A DNA stretch of 64,000 bases from Octopus bimaculoides (lineage: Eukaryota). Positions 26,892 to 39,026 of the stretch are shown here, piece after piece. Position 1 is the first letter of the stretch; every line of letters begins with the position of its first letter. The notes under the pieces were generated by a model. It made no database searches and was not told the origin of the DNA. It worked only from the letters and a program-made list of their open reading frames with translations. The position numbers were made by a program, and so were the translations under genes. The stretch is from positions 65,710,681 through 65,774,680 of the forward strand of contig NC_068989.1 in NCBI RefSeq assembly GCF_001194135.2, written 5' to 3'.

Positions 26892-26968
26892 TACAGTGTT
26901 CGCCAAAAGTCACCCGACAGTAAATCAAAATTCCATAAATACTATCTGCAATTCTGTATAGTCTCGAA
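26892..26968. mobile_element. Partial copy of the Tc1-type MITE, opposite orientation
   Basis: cagtgttcgccaaaagtcacccgacagtaaatcaaaattccataaatactatctgcaatt matches the reverse complement of 2570-2643. Confidence 0.85.
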
Positions 26969-27776
26969 TATATATATGTATGTATATGTATATANNNNNN
27001 NNNNNNNNNNNNNNNNNNNNNNNNNNNNNNNNNNNNNNNNNNNNNNNNNNNNNNNNNNNNNNNNNNNNNNNNNNNNNNNNNNNNNNNNNNNNNNNNNNNN
27101 NNNNNNNNNNNNNNNNNNNNNNNNNNNNNNNNNNNNNNNNNNNNNNNNNNNNNNNNNNNNNNNNNNNNNNNNNNNNNNNNNNNNNNNNNNNNNNNNNNNN
27201 NNNNNNNNNNNNNNNNNNNNNNNNNNNNNNNNNNNNNNNNNNNNNNNNNNNNNNNNNNNNNNNNNNNNNNNNNNNNNNNNNNNNNNNNNNNNNNNNNNNN
27301 NNNNNNNNNNNNNNNNNNNNNNNNNNNNNNNNNNNNNNNNNNNNNNNNNNNNNNNNNNNNNNNNNNNNNNNNNNNNNNNNNNNNNNNNNNNNNNNNNNNN
27401 NNNNNNNNNNNNNNNNNNNNNNNNNNNNNNNNNNNNNNNNNNNNNNNNNNNNNNNNNNNNNNNNNNNNNNNNNNNNNNNNNNNNNNNNNNNNNNNNNNNN
27501 NNNNNNNNNNNNNNNNNNNNNNNNNNNNNNNNNNNNNNNNNNNNNNNNNNNNNNNNNNNNNNNNNNNNNNNNNNNNNNNNNNNNNNNNNNNNNNNNNNNN
27601 NNNNNNNNNNNNNNNNNNNNNNNNNNNNNNNNNNNNNNNNNNNNNNNNNNNNNNNNNNNNNNNNNNNNNNNNNNNNNNNNNNNNNNNNNNNNNNNNNNNN
27701 NNNNNNNNNNNNNNNNNNNNNNNNNNNNNNNNNNNNNNNNNNNNNNNNNNNTCGATATTATGTAAATAGAGGAATT

Positions 27777-27982
27777 TATCTGTAAAAATATGTGACATTT
27801 ATTCGGTAGCCATGGTAATACTCCGAGTTTCGGACGCCGGAGCGGAAACCCACGCAGCCATCTCAAAGGAATGTTCAATGGCCAGATAACTGAAGAGATG
27901 GCGGCGTGGGTTTCCGCCCCGGCATCCGAAACTCGGAGTTTTATCATGGCTACCGAGTAAGTGTCACATATTTTTACAGATA
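27777..27982. mobile_element. Hairpin/foldback element, 88-nt arms, 30-nt loop
   Basis: Arms 27777-27864 and 27895-27982 match at 81/88 positions. Confidence 0.8.
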
Positions 27983-27989
27983 TATATAT

Positions 27990-28345
27990 CAAATTGAAAT
28001 CAATATTACAAAACAACATAATCTTCACTCCAATTATGAAGAAAAGAGAGAATGAAATCGATAAACTCTCCACAGTCTGTCTACCCTCTGTGAAAGGCCT
28101 CTCCGAAAATATACAAACGATATGCGGCCCATATGACATCAGGATCAATATTCAAAAGTAATACAACACTTCGCAAATATCTCCTTCGAGTAAAACCACC
28201 AATAGAAGAGAATATTACTAAGAACTGCGCGTACTCCATCCCATGCAGCTGTGGTAGGTTATACAAAGACGAAACATGTCGCCCCCTCAAAATAAGGGTA
28301 GAGGAACATCGCAAAGCTGTGACACGGGAAGATCAGATATGAATA
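27990..28345 (+). pseudogene. Penelope-like element fragment (RT C-terminal linker plus GIY-YIG endonuclease)
   Basis: CLPSVKGLSENIQTICGPYDIR, then frameshift to TTLRKYLLRVKPPIEENITKNCAYSIPCSCGRLYKDETCRPLKIRVEEHRKA. Confidence 0.85.
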
Positions 28346-28420
28346 GCATATGGGAACCGCTATTAAGGAAGGATAAGAGAATATTAGATTTATAAGCCCT
28401 AAAATTCACTCCATAATTGC

Positions 28421-28468
28421 CCACGAGCATATAGCGTAGAGGTTTAAAACGCGGGTTCCAGGCAGTGA

Positions 28469-28501
<33 letters not shown>

Positions 28502-28645
28502 CGAAAAATACTTTAGGAATTAGAATCCAGGTTAGAAATTTCCTCAAGACTCCTGATGAAGGCTGGAGGGTGTATCAATCGAATTGTTGTGTTAACAACA
28601 AACAAGATGAGGACAAATATCCGTCAATTGTAAATAATGTAAATA
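28421..28645 (+). mobile_element. tRNA-head/(TAA)n/hammerhead-tail composite element, decayed copy
   Basis: Colinear with the reverse complement of 62485-62750; head has an internal deletion; core CTGATGA at 28553-28559. Confidence 0.75.
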
Positions 28646-28774
28646 GTATTACAATATTTCATTTAAGTCTGCTAAATTGTTATATCATATTATTTATTTA
28701 CTATCTTGAACATGTAAGTATATTCGTATGTAGAGTTTGTTAATTAGTATCACTACCCTTTTCTGAAAGTAGAA

Positions 28775-29075
28775 GCACATGGCCTAGTAGTTAGAGCAGC
28801 GGACTTGCTGTTGAGGGATCACGAGTTCGAATCTCAGTCCAGGCTATGTATGTGTTTATGAGCGAAACACCTAAGCTCCACTCGTCTCCGGCAGAAGGTA
28901 ATGGCGAACTTTTGCTAACTCTTTCGCTACAACTTTCTCTCACTCGTTCCTCCTGCATCCAGCAGTTCACCTGCGACGGATCGATGTTCTGTCCAGTTGT
29001 GGAACCTATACGGCAAAGAAACCGGGAAACCGGCCCCTATGAGCCGAGAAAGAACTAACAATAACAGCAACAACG
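28775..29075 (+). mobile_element. tRNA-derived SINE related to family C
   Basis: tggcctagtagtt A-box, gagttcgaatc B-box, gagcgaaacacctaagctccac body. Confidence 0.75.
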
Positions 29076-30160
29076 ACCCTTTTCTGAAAAGTTACCTCTC
29101 AGTTTTGCTTACTGTAATTACAAGCAATAACAACAACGAAAAGAAGAACAGTAACATTCAATAAGAGAGATTTTTTTAACAGAATATATGGCATTAATTT
29201 CTAACATCAAGAGATACTTCAAAATCTACCAATATTCCTGAAACCATTTGAAATACCAAGTCTACGATATTCGGGAATATCTAACTATATGTTTGGAGAT
29301 AATTAAAGTATCTATCTATATTTTTCGTATCCGAAGGAATAACTAAACTTCCTGACGTTTCATTTAAAGAATATTATTTTGAAATGAATCAGAAATGGAG
29401 CAATTTTTAGCCGCAGTTTCATGTTAACGTTTTGAGAATATTTGCCCCAGTATTTCAGCTTCATATTTTGATAGGAGATATTATAATTCCAGAATGACCG
29501 TACTTGACAATAGTGATTATAATTACTTCAGTTATTCAATCATTTCTCTTATCCTATAATGCAACTCCCTTAGTTTTCTGGTGTAATATTTTACTTTATG
29601 TATGCTGCTGATAGATTTTAAAAACTAATTATATCTGTAACAGTCGTACCGTAATATCGTAATGATAATGATACATTGAGACAATGAAGTGTTATGGCTA
29701 ATAAATAATGATGTGGAAAAAATCGAATTCTTTATGCTCTCGTATCAAAGATGGCAATCCTAAGAATGAAAAAATGCTAATTAAGTTTGGAGACAATATG
29801 TCTTCTCTATAACAATAAAGTAGTAGTGTCGATTCAGACAATTTCGAATGAATTACAACTTCATTTTCGGCTTACATTTGGTGAATTGTTTGTTTTGCAT
29901 TAACATATAGTTTACATGTAATTTAGACCAGTCAAATACAGAAATTGGGGAAAATACACGCCTGGAGAAAACAAACTGTAAACTAGATAAAACATTAATA
30001 TTAAATGATTAACAACTTGATCAAGATTACTTTAAACATCAACGGCTATAAATAATTTACAGGAGAAGTAAATAAATGGTATAATGTTATTCTGAGGCAG
30101 TCATGGAATGTTACACAATACTCAGAAAGATCTGTCGGTCGATATTTTTTTCCTTCACAG

Positions 30161-30264
30161 CAAATCAATATCGCAGAAACCACTTGAAATACCAAGCCTA
30201 CTTCTACAAGATTCAGGAATCAGTCCTAATGAAGAACGGTTACTCCTTGGAAATTTCCACATGA
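30161..30264 (+). CDS. Candidate terminal exon (xNQYRRNHLKYQAYFYKIQESVLMKNGYSLEIST*)
   Basis: Strong acceptor ttttttccttcaCAG; AATAAA downstream near 30403 and 30469; a second frame is also open to 30356; no homology recognised. Confidence 0.3.
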
Positions 30265-31147
30265 ACGGTGACATCAAGAGACTATTAACAGACGAGAAAC
30301 AAGGCGGAAGAAATTGGATATTATGCAAGCTTTCGAAGATCACCATTATCATTTAGCTGATATGATGTAAATGATGTAACACAATTGTAGTAAAGTTATA
30401 TAATAAATAATGACAGAAATCACCCTCCAAATTATGAATTAAACATTGCATATATTTACCAGACAACCAATAAAATGAGACACAAAAGAAATTATAAATT
30501 ACTTAACTGTTTAGATATTCCATCTAAACATTATTTATATACTTGTGTAGAAAATTTTTCTGTTCATTTAGTAATACATGTATGTTTATTTATTATATTA
30601 ACATTTATGCGTATGTACGCATGCATAGAATATGTTGCGGTAGGCATCACATATCTAGCAAGTTGTAACTAAATTTATAGGGACTTGGTGACCGACTTTC
30701 TAATTGTCTCTGATTTATCTAGATATTCAGCAAATGGGATGACTATTCAGAATAAAACTCTAAGCATTAGTTATTATACGCGGGTGGGATTAAAATTTCA
30801 TTGATTGACGATGGAGAAATGATGCGAGAGATGTGAAATCTTGCATACATTAATTTCAACTCTTTGTTGATTGCATGGAGGACTACGTTGAAAAGTAAAC
30901 CACATTCATTCTCATTCCATTACAGCATCTTGATCAGCCTATGAACTTTTCAGCCAACCCTCGTACATATTTCATAGTCTTTGAATTCATAAAGTAAGAA
31001 ATCATATGTATGTACATATATTATATATATANNNNNNNNNNNNNNNNNNNNNNNNNNNNNNNNNNNNNNNNNNNNNNNNNNNNNNNNNNNNNNNNNNNNN
31101 NNNNNNNNNNNNNNNNNNNNNNNNNNNNNNNNNNNNNNNNNNNNNNN

Positions 31148-31179
<32 letters not shown>

Positions 31180-31230
31180 CACATATATAAATATATATAC
31201 ACACACATACATATATATATATACATAAAG

Positions 31231-31589
31231 ATGGTATCTTTATATAAGCTAAAAGCTTATGGAGGTCACCGTGCAATGACTAAAGAAAATAGTCTAATAA
31301 AGGGACACATAAGCCCTCGACAGAAAAAAGAAGACTTTCCTGTGCGCGTGGGACTCGAATCCACATCCCTTTGTTAACGTGACTAAGAGTGGTACATTTA
31401 CACCAGAAACGGGGAGGCTAATATGCTGGTATAAATATAACACAGTCGCGTTAACAAAGCGATGTGGGTTCGAGTCCCACGCGGATAAGAAAGCCTTCTA
31501 TTTTCTGTTAAGGGCTTATATGCCGCTTCATTAGACTATTTTCCTTAGTCATTGCACGGTGATCGCCATAAGCTTTTTAAATATACCAT
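31231..31589. mobile_element. Foldback element (about 360 bp) whose arms contain a tRNA T-arm
   Basis: Arms about 31231-31406 and 31426-31589 are reverse complements; GTGGG-TTCGAGT-CCCAC at 31464-31480. Confidence 0.8.
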
Positions 31590-31684
31590 TATTATTATTT
31601 ACAGCATTGTAAAACACGGTGCCGTATAAAAAAAAACATTATATATATATATTTGTGTGATACATTTACATTCTAAAAACAATC

Positions 31685-31880
31685 TTTTCTAGTATAGGCA
31701 CAAGGCGGAAAGTTTGGGAGAAGTGGCAAGTCGATTATACCGACGCCAGTACTCAATTAATACTTTATTTATAGGCCCCGAAAGGACGAAAGGCAAAATC
31801 GACCTTGGCAGAATTTGAACTCAGAACGTAGCGGCAGATGAAATACCGTTAGACATTTTGCTTGGCCGCTAACATTTCTG
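31685..31880 (-). mobile_element. SINE family B
   Basis: ccccgaaaggacgaaaggcaaaatcgacc...tttgaactcagaacg. Confidence 0.8.
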
Positions 31881-33039
31881 TCTTTCATTCAGCAAATGAT
31901 ATTGCAGTAATAAACTGATTCCTAAATGAGAATCTATTCTTCTTCTCTCAGGCTAACCTTGAGAATATAACTTCCATTATTAGACAAATTTTCATGCCAA
32001 CTTTTTTATATGCTAACTTTATTACATATTTGTGACAACTTGATAAAGAAAGCTAGCAAGAAGCTAAGGAATCTCCACTTTCTAAAGCATTGCCACACGG
32101 GCAAAATATTCATGAAGATTTCGATATTAATATGGAATCGAAATGTTCGGCCATCAAAAAGCGACCTGCTTATACATACATATATACATATATATATTCT
32201 TCTCTCTTCGCTCCTTTGCGCCACATGGGCTCAATTCCTCTCCCCCTTCATCTGACTACCCTCTTCTCTCTTCTGTTCAGCTCACACTTACTTCCTCTCT
32301 TCACTCCCACCCACCCACCTCTCCTTTCCTCTCTTGCTCTGACACCTACTTCCTCTCTTCACTCCTACCCATCTTCTCCCTTCATCGTTACCCCTTCCAT
32401 CCACATCCCACCTTTACACATATCAATACCGCCATTCCACCCACCTACACACACACTCAAACCCCACTCCCACATATCCTCAACTCNNNNNNNNNNNNNN
32501 NNNNNNNNNNNNNNNNNNNNNNNNNNNNNNNNNNNNNNNNNNNNNNNNNNNNNNNNNNNNNNNNNNNNNNNNNNNNNNNNNNNNNNNNNNNNNNNNNNNN
32601 NNNNNNNNNNNNNNNNNNNNNNNNNNNNNNNNNNNNNNNNNNNNNNNNNNNNNNNNNNNNNNNNNNNNNNNNNNNNNNNNNNNNNNNNNNNNNNNNNNNN
32701 NNNNNNNNNNNNNNNNNNNNNNNNNNNNNNNNNNNNNNNNNNNNCACACCACATCGCACCACACACTACTACACCACATCATGCCACCCCACACCTCACC
32801 ACATCACACTACCCTGCACACACTAGCACTGACCATTTCCCAGCACCCACACCATCATCCACACACCTACACATGCACACATCTACACGTGAAGGCCACC
32901 AGCCCCAATCAGCATACACACACACACACACACTCTCATATACATACGCACGCGCAGCTTTGGGATCATCACTAATTTATTATCACCCCTTCTTTCTAGC
33001 TCTCCTGTCTGACCACCTACGTCCAGCCAGCCAGCCACT

Positions 33040-33615
33040 GTTATCGACCGTTAGCACTAAAGCTTCTTTTATTCTCTCTCTGTTTATTTTCTCATGTTCC
33101 TTTGTGTTGAAGAACGAAGGCTCACCGTTCTCTGTCTATCATTTTCCCTCCCTCACTCTTTCTTCTTTGCTCCCACGTGACTATCGGCCATCTTTCTTTC
33201 TTTTCCTGACTTGTGTTTCTTGCTTTCCTTCTGATTCAGCTGGTGGGATCAGATGCGTTGTTGCCTGTCTCCTGCCCAAGCTTACTTCTCCTCGTTCGCC
33301 ACGTCACCTCGTTTAGGCTAACAACCTTTCCTGTTTGTTTTCACTGTCCTGTTCGTGTTACCAATTTTGACCCCCCGCAAAATCTCAAATGGAATTTCAT
33401 TTGCTTTGCGGGAGCAACTGTTTCATTGAAGGCGTATCTTGTCGTGAATTGCTCGAAATACGGATTAGAAAATCAGCCCACAACTGATGAAAGGTCGTTC
33501 TTTGAGTTGCATGTCTTGTTTTCCATTTGTTTCTTTCGTTGTTCGCAAAAAAGTTCATATTCCATGTATTCGTATTTCGTATTTTATGTTGTTTACATTT
33601 TGTGACGTCCTGTGC
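33040..33615 (+). mobile_element. Unclassified repeat, possibly Penelope-terminal; paralog at 41530-41900 (-)
   Basis: ttttcactgtcctgttcgtgttacc...tgatgaaagg...cgcaaaaaagttc shared in reverse complement with 41530-41900. Confidence 0.55.
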
Positions 33616-34183
33616 CCACATATGCATATACGTATATATATAAGTATGTACATATATGTGTGCATATATACATATATATTATTCATATTATGTATGTATG
33701 TATGTACATATGTATATATATATANNNNNNNNNNNNNNNNNNNNNNNNNNNNNNNNNNNNNNNNNNNNNNNNNNNNNNNNNNNNNNNNNNNNNNNNNNNN
33801 NNNNNNNNNNNNNNNNNNNNNNNNNNNNNNNNNNNNNNNNNNNNNNNNNNNNNNNNNNNNNNNNNNNNNNNNNNNNNNNNNNNNNNNNNNNNNNNNNNNN
33901 NNNNNNNNNNNNNNNNNNNNNNNNNNNNNNNNNNNNNNNNNNNNNNNNNNNNNNNNNNNNNNNNNNNNNNNNNNNNNNNNNNNNNNNNNNNNNNNNNNNN
34001 NNNNNNNNNNNNNNNNNNNNNNNNNNNNNNNNNNNNNNNNNNNNNNNNNNNNNNNNNNNNNNNNNNNNNNNNNNNNNNNNNNNNNNNNNNNNNNNNNNNN
34101 NNNNNNNNNNNNNNNNNNNNNNNNNNNNNNNNNNNNNNNNNNNNNNNNNNNNNNNNNNNNNNNNNNNNNNNNNNNNNNNNNNN

Positions 34184-34540
34184 AATGGTTAGGGAATAGG
34201 ACTCGCGGTTGCGATTCCCAGACCGGGCGTTGTGAGTGTTTATTGAGCGAAAACACCCAAAGCTTCACGAAGCTCTGGCAGGGGATGGTGGCGAACCCTG
34301 CTGTACTCTTTCACCACAACTTTCTCTCACTCTTACTCCCTGTTTCTGTTGTACCTGTATTTCAAAGGGCCAGCCTTGTCACTATGTGTCACGCTGAATA
34401 TCCCCGAGAACTACGTTAAGGGTACACGTGTCTGTGGAGTGCTCAGTCACTTTCACGTTAATTTCACGAGCAGGCTGTTCCGTTGATCGGATCAACTGGA
34501 ACCATCGACGTCGTAAGCGACGGAGTGCCAACAACAACTT
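34184..34540 (+). mobile_element. SINE family C, 5' end lost in a gap
   Basis: Colinear with 57471-57855; ends agcgacggagtgccaacaacaac. Confidence 0.9.
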
Positions 34541-35140
34541 TAAGTATGTGCACTAATATCTATTCTAATTTAAACTAGTTTCACCAGCGTACAAATTTTC
34601 AAAAGTATTTCTCATTGTGATGAAGCATCCAGGAAAAAAATAAGTAATACAAACTTTTACTGCTATCTCAACTCTAATAATAGGCATAGAAATAGAATAA
34701 TAAATATGAAATACTTCAATCTCCTATTCAATTTACAAATAACCATTCACTACAAAATCCTAAATAACATAAACAACCTCTCCCATTTACCACAAAATCA
34801 TAAATAACATAAAACCGTTAACTGAAACAATGTTTCATACTCTGTTTAGAATTTTGCTGACATCCTTGTCTAATCTAGTCACGTTTAATGATAAACCTAG
34901 TAATTCTACTTCTAATTATAACTGAACTAATTATGATATAGCCTTCAATATCTGCGTTCGATTGGATTTTCCCAGTCAATGAACTAGTTTAACACGCAAA
35001 TGTTAAAGCAAATCCCACTGCTTTCACATGCGTTTGTACGTGTTTAAATTGCATGTGCGTGAGAGGATCAAACATTTTGACACAGGGAACATAAAAAGAT
35101 GATAAAATCCACTTAAAACTTATTTTCATATTCCTCTTTA

Positions 35141-35205
<65 letters not shown>

Positions 35206-36024
35206 NNNNNNNNNNNNNNNNNNNNNNNNNNNNNNNNNNNNNNNNNNNNNNNNNNNNNNNNNNNNNNNNNNNNNNNNNNNNNNNNNNNNNNNNNNNNNNN
35301 NNNNNNNNNNNNNNNNNNNNNNNNNNNNNNNNNNNNNNNNNNNNNNNNNNNNNNNNNNNNNNNNNNNNNNNNNNNNNNNNNNNNNNNNNNNNNNNNNNNN
35401 NNNNNNNNNNNNNNNNNNNNNNNNNNNNNNNNNNNNNNNNNNNNNNNNNNNNNNNNNNNNNNNNNNNNNNNNNNNNNNNNNNNNNNNNNNNNNNNNNNNN
35501 NNNNNNNNNNNNNNNNNNNNNNNNNNNNNNNNNNNNNNNNNNNNNNNNNNNNNNNNNNNNNNNNNNNNNNNNNNNNNNNNNNNNNNNNNNNNNNNNNNNN
35601 NNNNNNNNNNNNNNNNNNNNNNNNNNNNNNNNNNNNNNNNNNNNNNNNNNNNNNNNNNNNNNNNNNNNNNNNNNNNNNNNNNNNNNNNNNNNNNNNNNNN
35701 NNNNNNNNNNNNNNNNNNNNNNNNNNNNNNNNNNNNNNNNNNNNNNNNNNNNNNNNNNNNNNNNNNNNNNNNNNNNNNNNNNNNNNNNNNNNNNNNNNNN
35801 NNNNNNNNNNNNNNNNNNNNNNNNNNNNNNNNNNNNNNNNNNNNNNNNNNNNNNNNNNNNNNNNNNNNNNNNNNNNNNNNNNNNNNNNNNNNNNNNNNNN
35901 NNNNNNNNNNNNNNNNNNNNNNNNNNNNNNNNNNNNNNNNNNNNNNNNNNNNNNNNNNNNNNNNNNNNNNNNNNNNNNNNNNNNNNNNNNNNNNNNNNNN
36001 NNNNNNNNNNNNNNNNNNNNNNNN

Positions 36025-36055
<31 letters not shown>

Positions 36056-36138
36056 CATATGTGTGTGTATGTATACATATATATATATACACACAGACAC
36101 ACAGACACACACTCACACACACACACACACACAAACAA

Positions 36139-36197
<59 letters not shown>

Positions 36198-36643
36198 AAC
36201 ATACACATGCATACACACACTCACTCACATATATATATATATATATCTATAGAGAGAAAGACATGGATATAAATATAGACGGTAAGAGATGGAAAAGGAG
36301 AGCGTGGAAGAGAGATACAGAAATATTTCTTCGATTACGTTCCGAGTTAAGAATTGTTTTAGTGAAGTTCAGATATATTCCACAGTGACTCTATTAACAT
36401 ACAGAATGCTACGAGAAAGATAGGCAAGATACATACACGTACACACACACACATGTGCACACACATACACGTATACACACACACACGTACACACACACAA
36501 ACACACATACACACCTACGCGCACCCGTACATACAAACACAATAGCCCAATATCATAATATAACCATCATGGCCACCCGTCTGATAAAAGTACAACAGGA
36601 ACATCCTTCACAACCATATGTGCACGACATGGTGACGTGATAT

Positions 36644-36720
36644 CATGACCTTGCGCATGACCAGCGCATGACCAGCGCATGACCAGCGCATGACCAGCGC
36701 ATGACCAGCGCATGACCTTG
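36644..36720. repeat. 11-bp tandem repeat (CATGACCAGCG) x5 with variant flanking units
   Basis: Perfect units from 36656 to 36710; CATGACCTTG on both sides. Confidence 0.95.
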
Positions 36721-37089
36721 CAGGTGGGGCACAGTAAGAATTTTTTTCGGGGTGAGTAACCCATCCCGCACAAAAGGTCCTTGATGAATGAAACACCCAT
36801 GCTTTCAGAGTGAATTATTCAAACCCCAAAGTATTCCACTCAACACTTGGCTATGCTGATCCCCTACTACTCCAGCTCGTGGTCAGAGATGCCCATATTG
36901 TCAGCCACTACGGGAATTGCCCAAATTATTAAAGTCTAGCAACTGACAATCAAATCTGTGGTACCGAGCAGAATATTTGTTGTAGCCTAGCTTTTATACG
37001 AAGACAAATCATGTACATCGTAACACTTCCAATCATTTAATATCAGAAACCATGAGAGCCAGTGCCTAGTACTGCATCAGGGCATGATG

Positions 37090-37166
37090 CACCAGCACCA
37101 TCAGCATCGTCGTCATCCTCGTCGTCGTCCTCGTCGTCGTCGTCCTCGTCGTCGTCGTCATCGTCG

Positions 37167-37220
<54 letters not shown>

Positions 37221-37242
37221 CTCCTTATTATTGTCATTATTA

Positions 37243-37312
<70 letters not shown>

Positions 37313-37322
37313 CATCATCATT
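37090..37322. repeat. Compound trinucleotide microsatellite CGT/CAT/TAT
   Basis: Read directly from the sequence. Confidence 0.95.
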
Positions 37323-37416
37323 ATTTGATATGGACGACAAAAGGTCCTTACAAGAACGATGGAAAGTTTTTTATATAGAGATGGGCGGCAAAATTATCAC
37401 AATTATTATTATTATT

Positions 37417-37578
37417 AGGCGCAGCAGTTGCTGTGTGGTAATTAGCTTGCTTACCAACCACATGGCTCCGGGTTCAGTCCCACATAGTGGCACCTGGGCA
37501 AGTGTCTTCTCTTATAGCTACGGGCCGACCGAAGCCTTGTGAGTGGATTTGGTAGATGGAAACTCGATGAAGCCTGTC

Positions 37579-37634
<56 letters not shown>

Positions 37635-37890
37635 ATGTATGTATGTATATATATGTATATATTTGTGTGAGCATATGTTCGTGTGTCTGTGTTTGTCCTC
37701 TCTCGAACATCGTGTGACAACCGATGTTGGTTTGTTTACGTCCCCGTAAACTTGCGGTTCGCAAAAACTGACCGATAGAATAAGTACTAGGCTTACAAAG
37801 AATAAGTCCTGGTGTCGATTTGCTTGACTAAAGGCGGTGCTCCAGCATGTCCACAATCAAGTGACTGAAACAACTAAAGGAGTAAAAGAA
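37417..37890 (+). mobile_element. SINE family A, complete, with internal microsatellite
   Basis: 5' half, (TA)n/(TG)n, 3' half ending gagtaaaagaataaaag. Confidence 0.9.
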
Positions 37891-38234
37891 TAAAAGAATT
37901 ATTATTATTTAGACTAACGTACTTTGATCCCACATTTTAATTGCATTACTCAACCACTTCCACTCACTTGTACCACTCTTAACCGCGCCCTGACACCTGA
38001 TTGATTTCTTCCTTATCTCCCCACTCCCTCCCAAATCTTAACCTTCTCATTCCGCTGCTCTTCATCAACTTTATTTAGATTTCTATAACTCAAAAACAAA
38101 ACTATCCTATTTTTTTCAATACCATTCATTTGAACATCCCTTCCTGCCCTCCTCACTTTCTCACTTTACATATCCTTCTCTTCCTCTTCTCCATTCATTC
38201 TCTCTTTCCCCTATCTCTTCCTCTCTCTTTTTCT

Positions 38235-38655
38235 TATTTCTGTATTGCCCACAAGGGGCTGAACATAGTGGGGACAAACAAGGACAGACAAAGTTATTAA
38301 ATCGATTACATCGACCCCGGTGCGTAACTGGTACTTAATTTATCGACCGCGAAAGGATGAAAGGCAAAGTCGACCTCGGCGGAATTTGAACTCAGAACGT
38401 AACGTAACGGCAGACGAAATACCTATTTCGTATTTGCCCACAGGGGCTAAACATAGAGGGAACAAACAAGAACAGACGAACGGATTAAGTCGATTACAAC
38501 GACCCCAGTGCGTAAGTGGTACTTAATTTATCGACCCCGAAAGGATGAAAGGCAAAGTCGACCTCGGCGGAATTTGAACTCAGAACGCAGTGGCAGACGA
38601 AATACCACTTAGCATTTCGCCCGGTGTGCTAACGTTTCTGCCAGCTCGCCACCTT
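38235..38655 (-). mobile_element. SINE family B partial tandem dimer
   Basis: gaaaggatgaaaggcaaagtcgacctcggcggaatttgaactcagaacg occurs twice, about 190 bp apart; only one head. Confidence 0.9.
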
Positions 38656-38951
38656 CCTCTCTCTTTTTCTGTCTTTTTTCACTCGCCCCTCTATATGCAT
38701 ATCTATACACCTAACTTTATTGCCGACTTACTGTCCCAACCACATATATATTGAAATTTTCCGCGTCTGTTTCTTCATATTTTTGAAATATTTAAACTGA
38801 GGAAGATTTACGTAATGCTTGCATTTTCTACTGTACATTATGCCAACCTGAAAGGTACGTATTAAGTTTTATATATATATATGTGTGTGTATATATATAT
38901 GCGTGTGTGTGCTCCCCCCCCCCCACACACACACATTCATACATACATACA

Positions 38952-39026
<75 letters not shown>

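Noticed and set aside
33484-33500. CTGATGA core in the 33040-33615 repeat
   Set aside because: No downstream stem II or GAAA, so it is not a hammerhead in this copy.
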